In this document: positions 62,188-64,000 of the stretch, piece after piece | How positions within the stretch are numbered: position 1 is the stretch's first letter | Layout: every line of letters starts with the position of its first letter | Notes under the pieces: generated by a model | The model's input: only the letters and a program-made list of their open reading frames with translations | Database searches by the model: none | Told to the model about the DNA's origin: nothing | Source: Octopus vulgaris | Lineage: Eukaryota | Assembly: GCA_951406725.2 (NCBI GenBank) | Contig: OX597833.1 | Location: 9,176,001 to 9,240,000, forward strand | Direction of reading: 5' to 3' | DNA: 64,000 bases | Made by a program: the position numbers and the translations under genes

Positions 62188-63477
62188 AAGGTCTAGCATT
62201 GAATGGCCTTAGGATCAATCTTGCAAAATCCTAATTCTTAGTAAGTAGGAAGGCAGATAAATCACAAATCCCTTCAGGTAGATGGCCCTGCTCGATCTGT
62301 AGAAAAGGCATAGGTAGAAACTCCATAAGATGTACCCGGTGTAAGCTATGGACACATAAGAGGTGCAGCAATATCAAAGGAATGCTAACTGGGAAGATAG
62401 TTTTTGTATGTGATAGATGCACAGGGGCAATAAACAGTGAAAATGTGTTGAAAACAGCTTCTGTCACATGCCAGGGAGAATAACTAGAAATAGTTGATAG
62501 CTTCCATTACCTAGGTGATCAAGGGGATGGGGTGGATGCTCTCTGAGAGCATAGCTACTAGAATAAGAATAGCTTGGGCAAAGTTCAGAGAGCTCCTACC
62601 GCTCTGCTGGTAACAAAGGGCCTCTTGCTCAGAGTGAAAGGTAGACTGTATGATGCATGTGTGCAAACAGCCATGCTACACGGCAGTGAAACATGGGCTG
62701 TGACTACTGAGGACATGTGAAGGCTTGAAAGAAATGAAGCTTGTATGATCCACTGGATGCGTAATGTCAGTGTGCATAGATGACAGAGTGTAAGCGTCCT
62801 GAGAGAAAAGATTGACCTAAGAAGCATCAGATGTGGTGTGCAAGAGAGACGACTGCACTGGTATGGTTATGTGTTGCGTATGGATGAGAACAGCTGTGTA
62901 AAAAAGTATCACACTCTAACAGTAGAGGGAACCTGTGGAAGAGGTAGACCTAAGAAGACCTGGGATGAGGTGGTGAAGTACGGCTTGGGCATCATGGAGG
63001 CAATGACAAGCAACTGAGACCTTTAGATATATGCTGTGCTTGAGAAGACCCAGCAAGCCAAGTGAGACCGTAACCGTGACCTATGCCAGTGTTGCATAAT
63101 CGGCCCATTTAAGAGTACCCTTCAATCATTGGGCAATATATAATGTGCTTGAGAAGACCTGTTGAGTCAACTGAAATCATTATCATGGTTGATGCTAGTA
63201 CCACCTGACTGGCACCTGTGCTAGTGGAATGTAAAAGGCATCATTCGAGTGTGGTCGACGCCAGTGCCACCTGACTAGCCCCCATGCCAGTGACATGTAA
63301 AAAGCACCCACTACACTCTCACAGTGGTTGGCATTAGGAAGGGCATCAGCTATAGAAACCTTGCCAAATCAGACTGGAGTTTGGTGCAGCCTCCTGGCTT
63401 GCCAGTCATCAGTCAAACTGTCCAGCCTATGCCAGCATGGAAAGCAGATGTTAAATGATGATGATGATGATAATGAT
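62188..63477 (+). mobile_element. RTE LINE, 5'-truncated, with PHD finger inside RT
   Basis: GLRINLAK - PHD - LEIVDSFHYLGD - AWAKFRELLP - LHWYGYVLRM - GRGRPKKTWDEVV - 3'UTR - (GAT)n. Confidence 0.9.
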
Positions 63478-63489
63478 ATATGTATATAT

Positions 63490-64000
63490 ATCCAAAGTTT
63501 CCTCACAACAGGGAGACTTCCCAAAAAGTTAAAGGAAGGCATTATATGCCCTATCCAAAAGGGAAGTAGCAGAGCAGACGCTAAGAATTGTAGACCTGTC
63601 TCTCAAACTTCCCATATCACCAAAGTCATGGAGCGCATTGTCAGAAAGAAACTAATTGTGTTCCTTGAAGACAATAACTTGCTTCCTGATACCCAGCATG
63701 GCTTTCGCTCGGGCAGAAGCTGCCTTTCACAGCTTTTGCAACACTATGACTGGGTGTTGAAGCAATTAATGAATCGCTCAAATGTAGATGTGATCTATCC
63801 TGACTTTGGAAAGGCCTTTAATAAGGTTGATCATGGGATGATATGTCACAAGACTCAGCATAACTGGGAAAATTGGAGAGTGGTTGCATGACTTCTTAAA
63901 AGACAGAAGCCAAGCTGTAGTAGCCAACGGAGCCCTCTCCACAGAGACATTAATAGAAAGTGGAGTGCCTCAGGGAACTGTATTGGGGGCACTACTGTTC
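63490..64000 (+). mobile_element. CR1/L2/Jockey-group LINE RT fragment, runs off the window
   Basis: ICPIQKG..NCRPVSQTS..KVMERIV..QHGFRSGRSCLSQLL..DVIYPDFGKAFNKVDH..SGVPQGTVLG. Confidence 0.88.

Overview
AT-rich, microsatellite-dense animal genomic DNA that is almost entirely a nested collection of decayed transposable elements. The SINE/LINE repertoire resembles an octopus/cephalopod genome; this is recognition by eye, not a database result. I could not support any intact host protein-coding gene, rRNA, full tRNA or CRISPR array. Elements identified from translated motifs, TIRs and TSDs: a Tx1/L1 fragment; several RTE LINE families; about seven Dong/R4-clade pieces tied to (TAA)n; CR1/L2 pieces; a Gypsy LTR element; four Tc1/mariner copies; a hAT with an intact 8-bp TSD; pogo-type MITEs; Helentron-type HINEs; a Helitron remnant; and two or three SINE families. 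The most interesting signals are: (i) three minimal type-I hammerhead-ribozyme motifs in two short microsatellite-inserted element families, one family with a CUGUNGA core and one with Pol III-like boxes; (ii) a C4HC3 PHD finger inserted inside the reverse transcriptase of an RTE LINE family (two copies); (iii) several near-perfect fold-back inverted repeats at retroelement junctions. Element boundaries were read by eye and are approximate unless a TIR or TSD is quoted.
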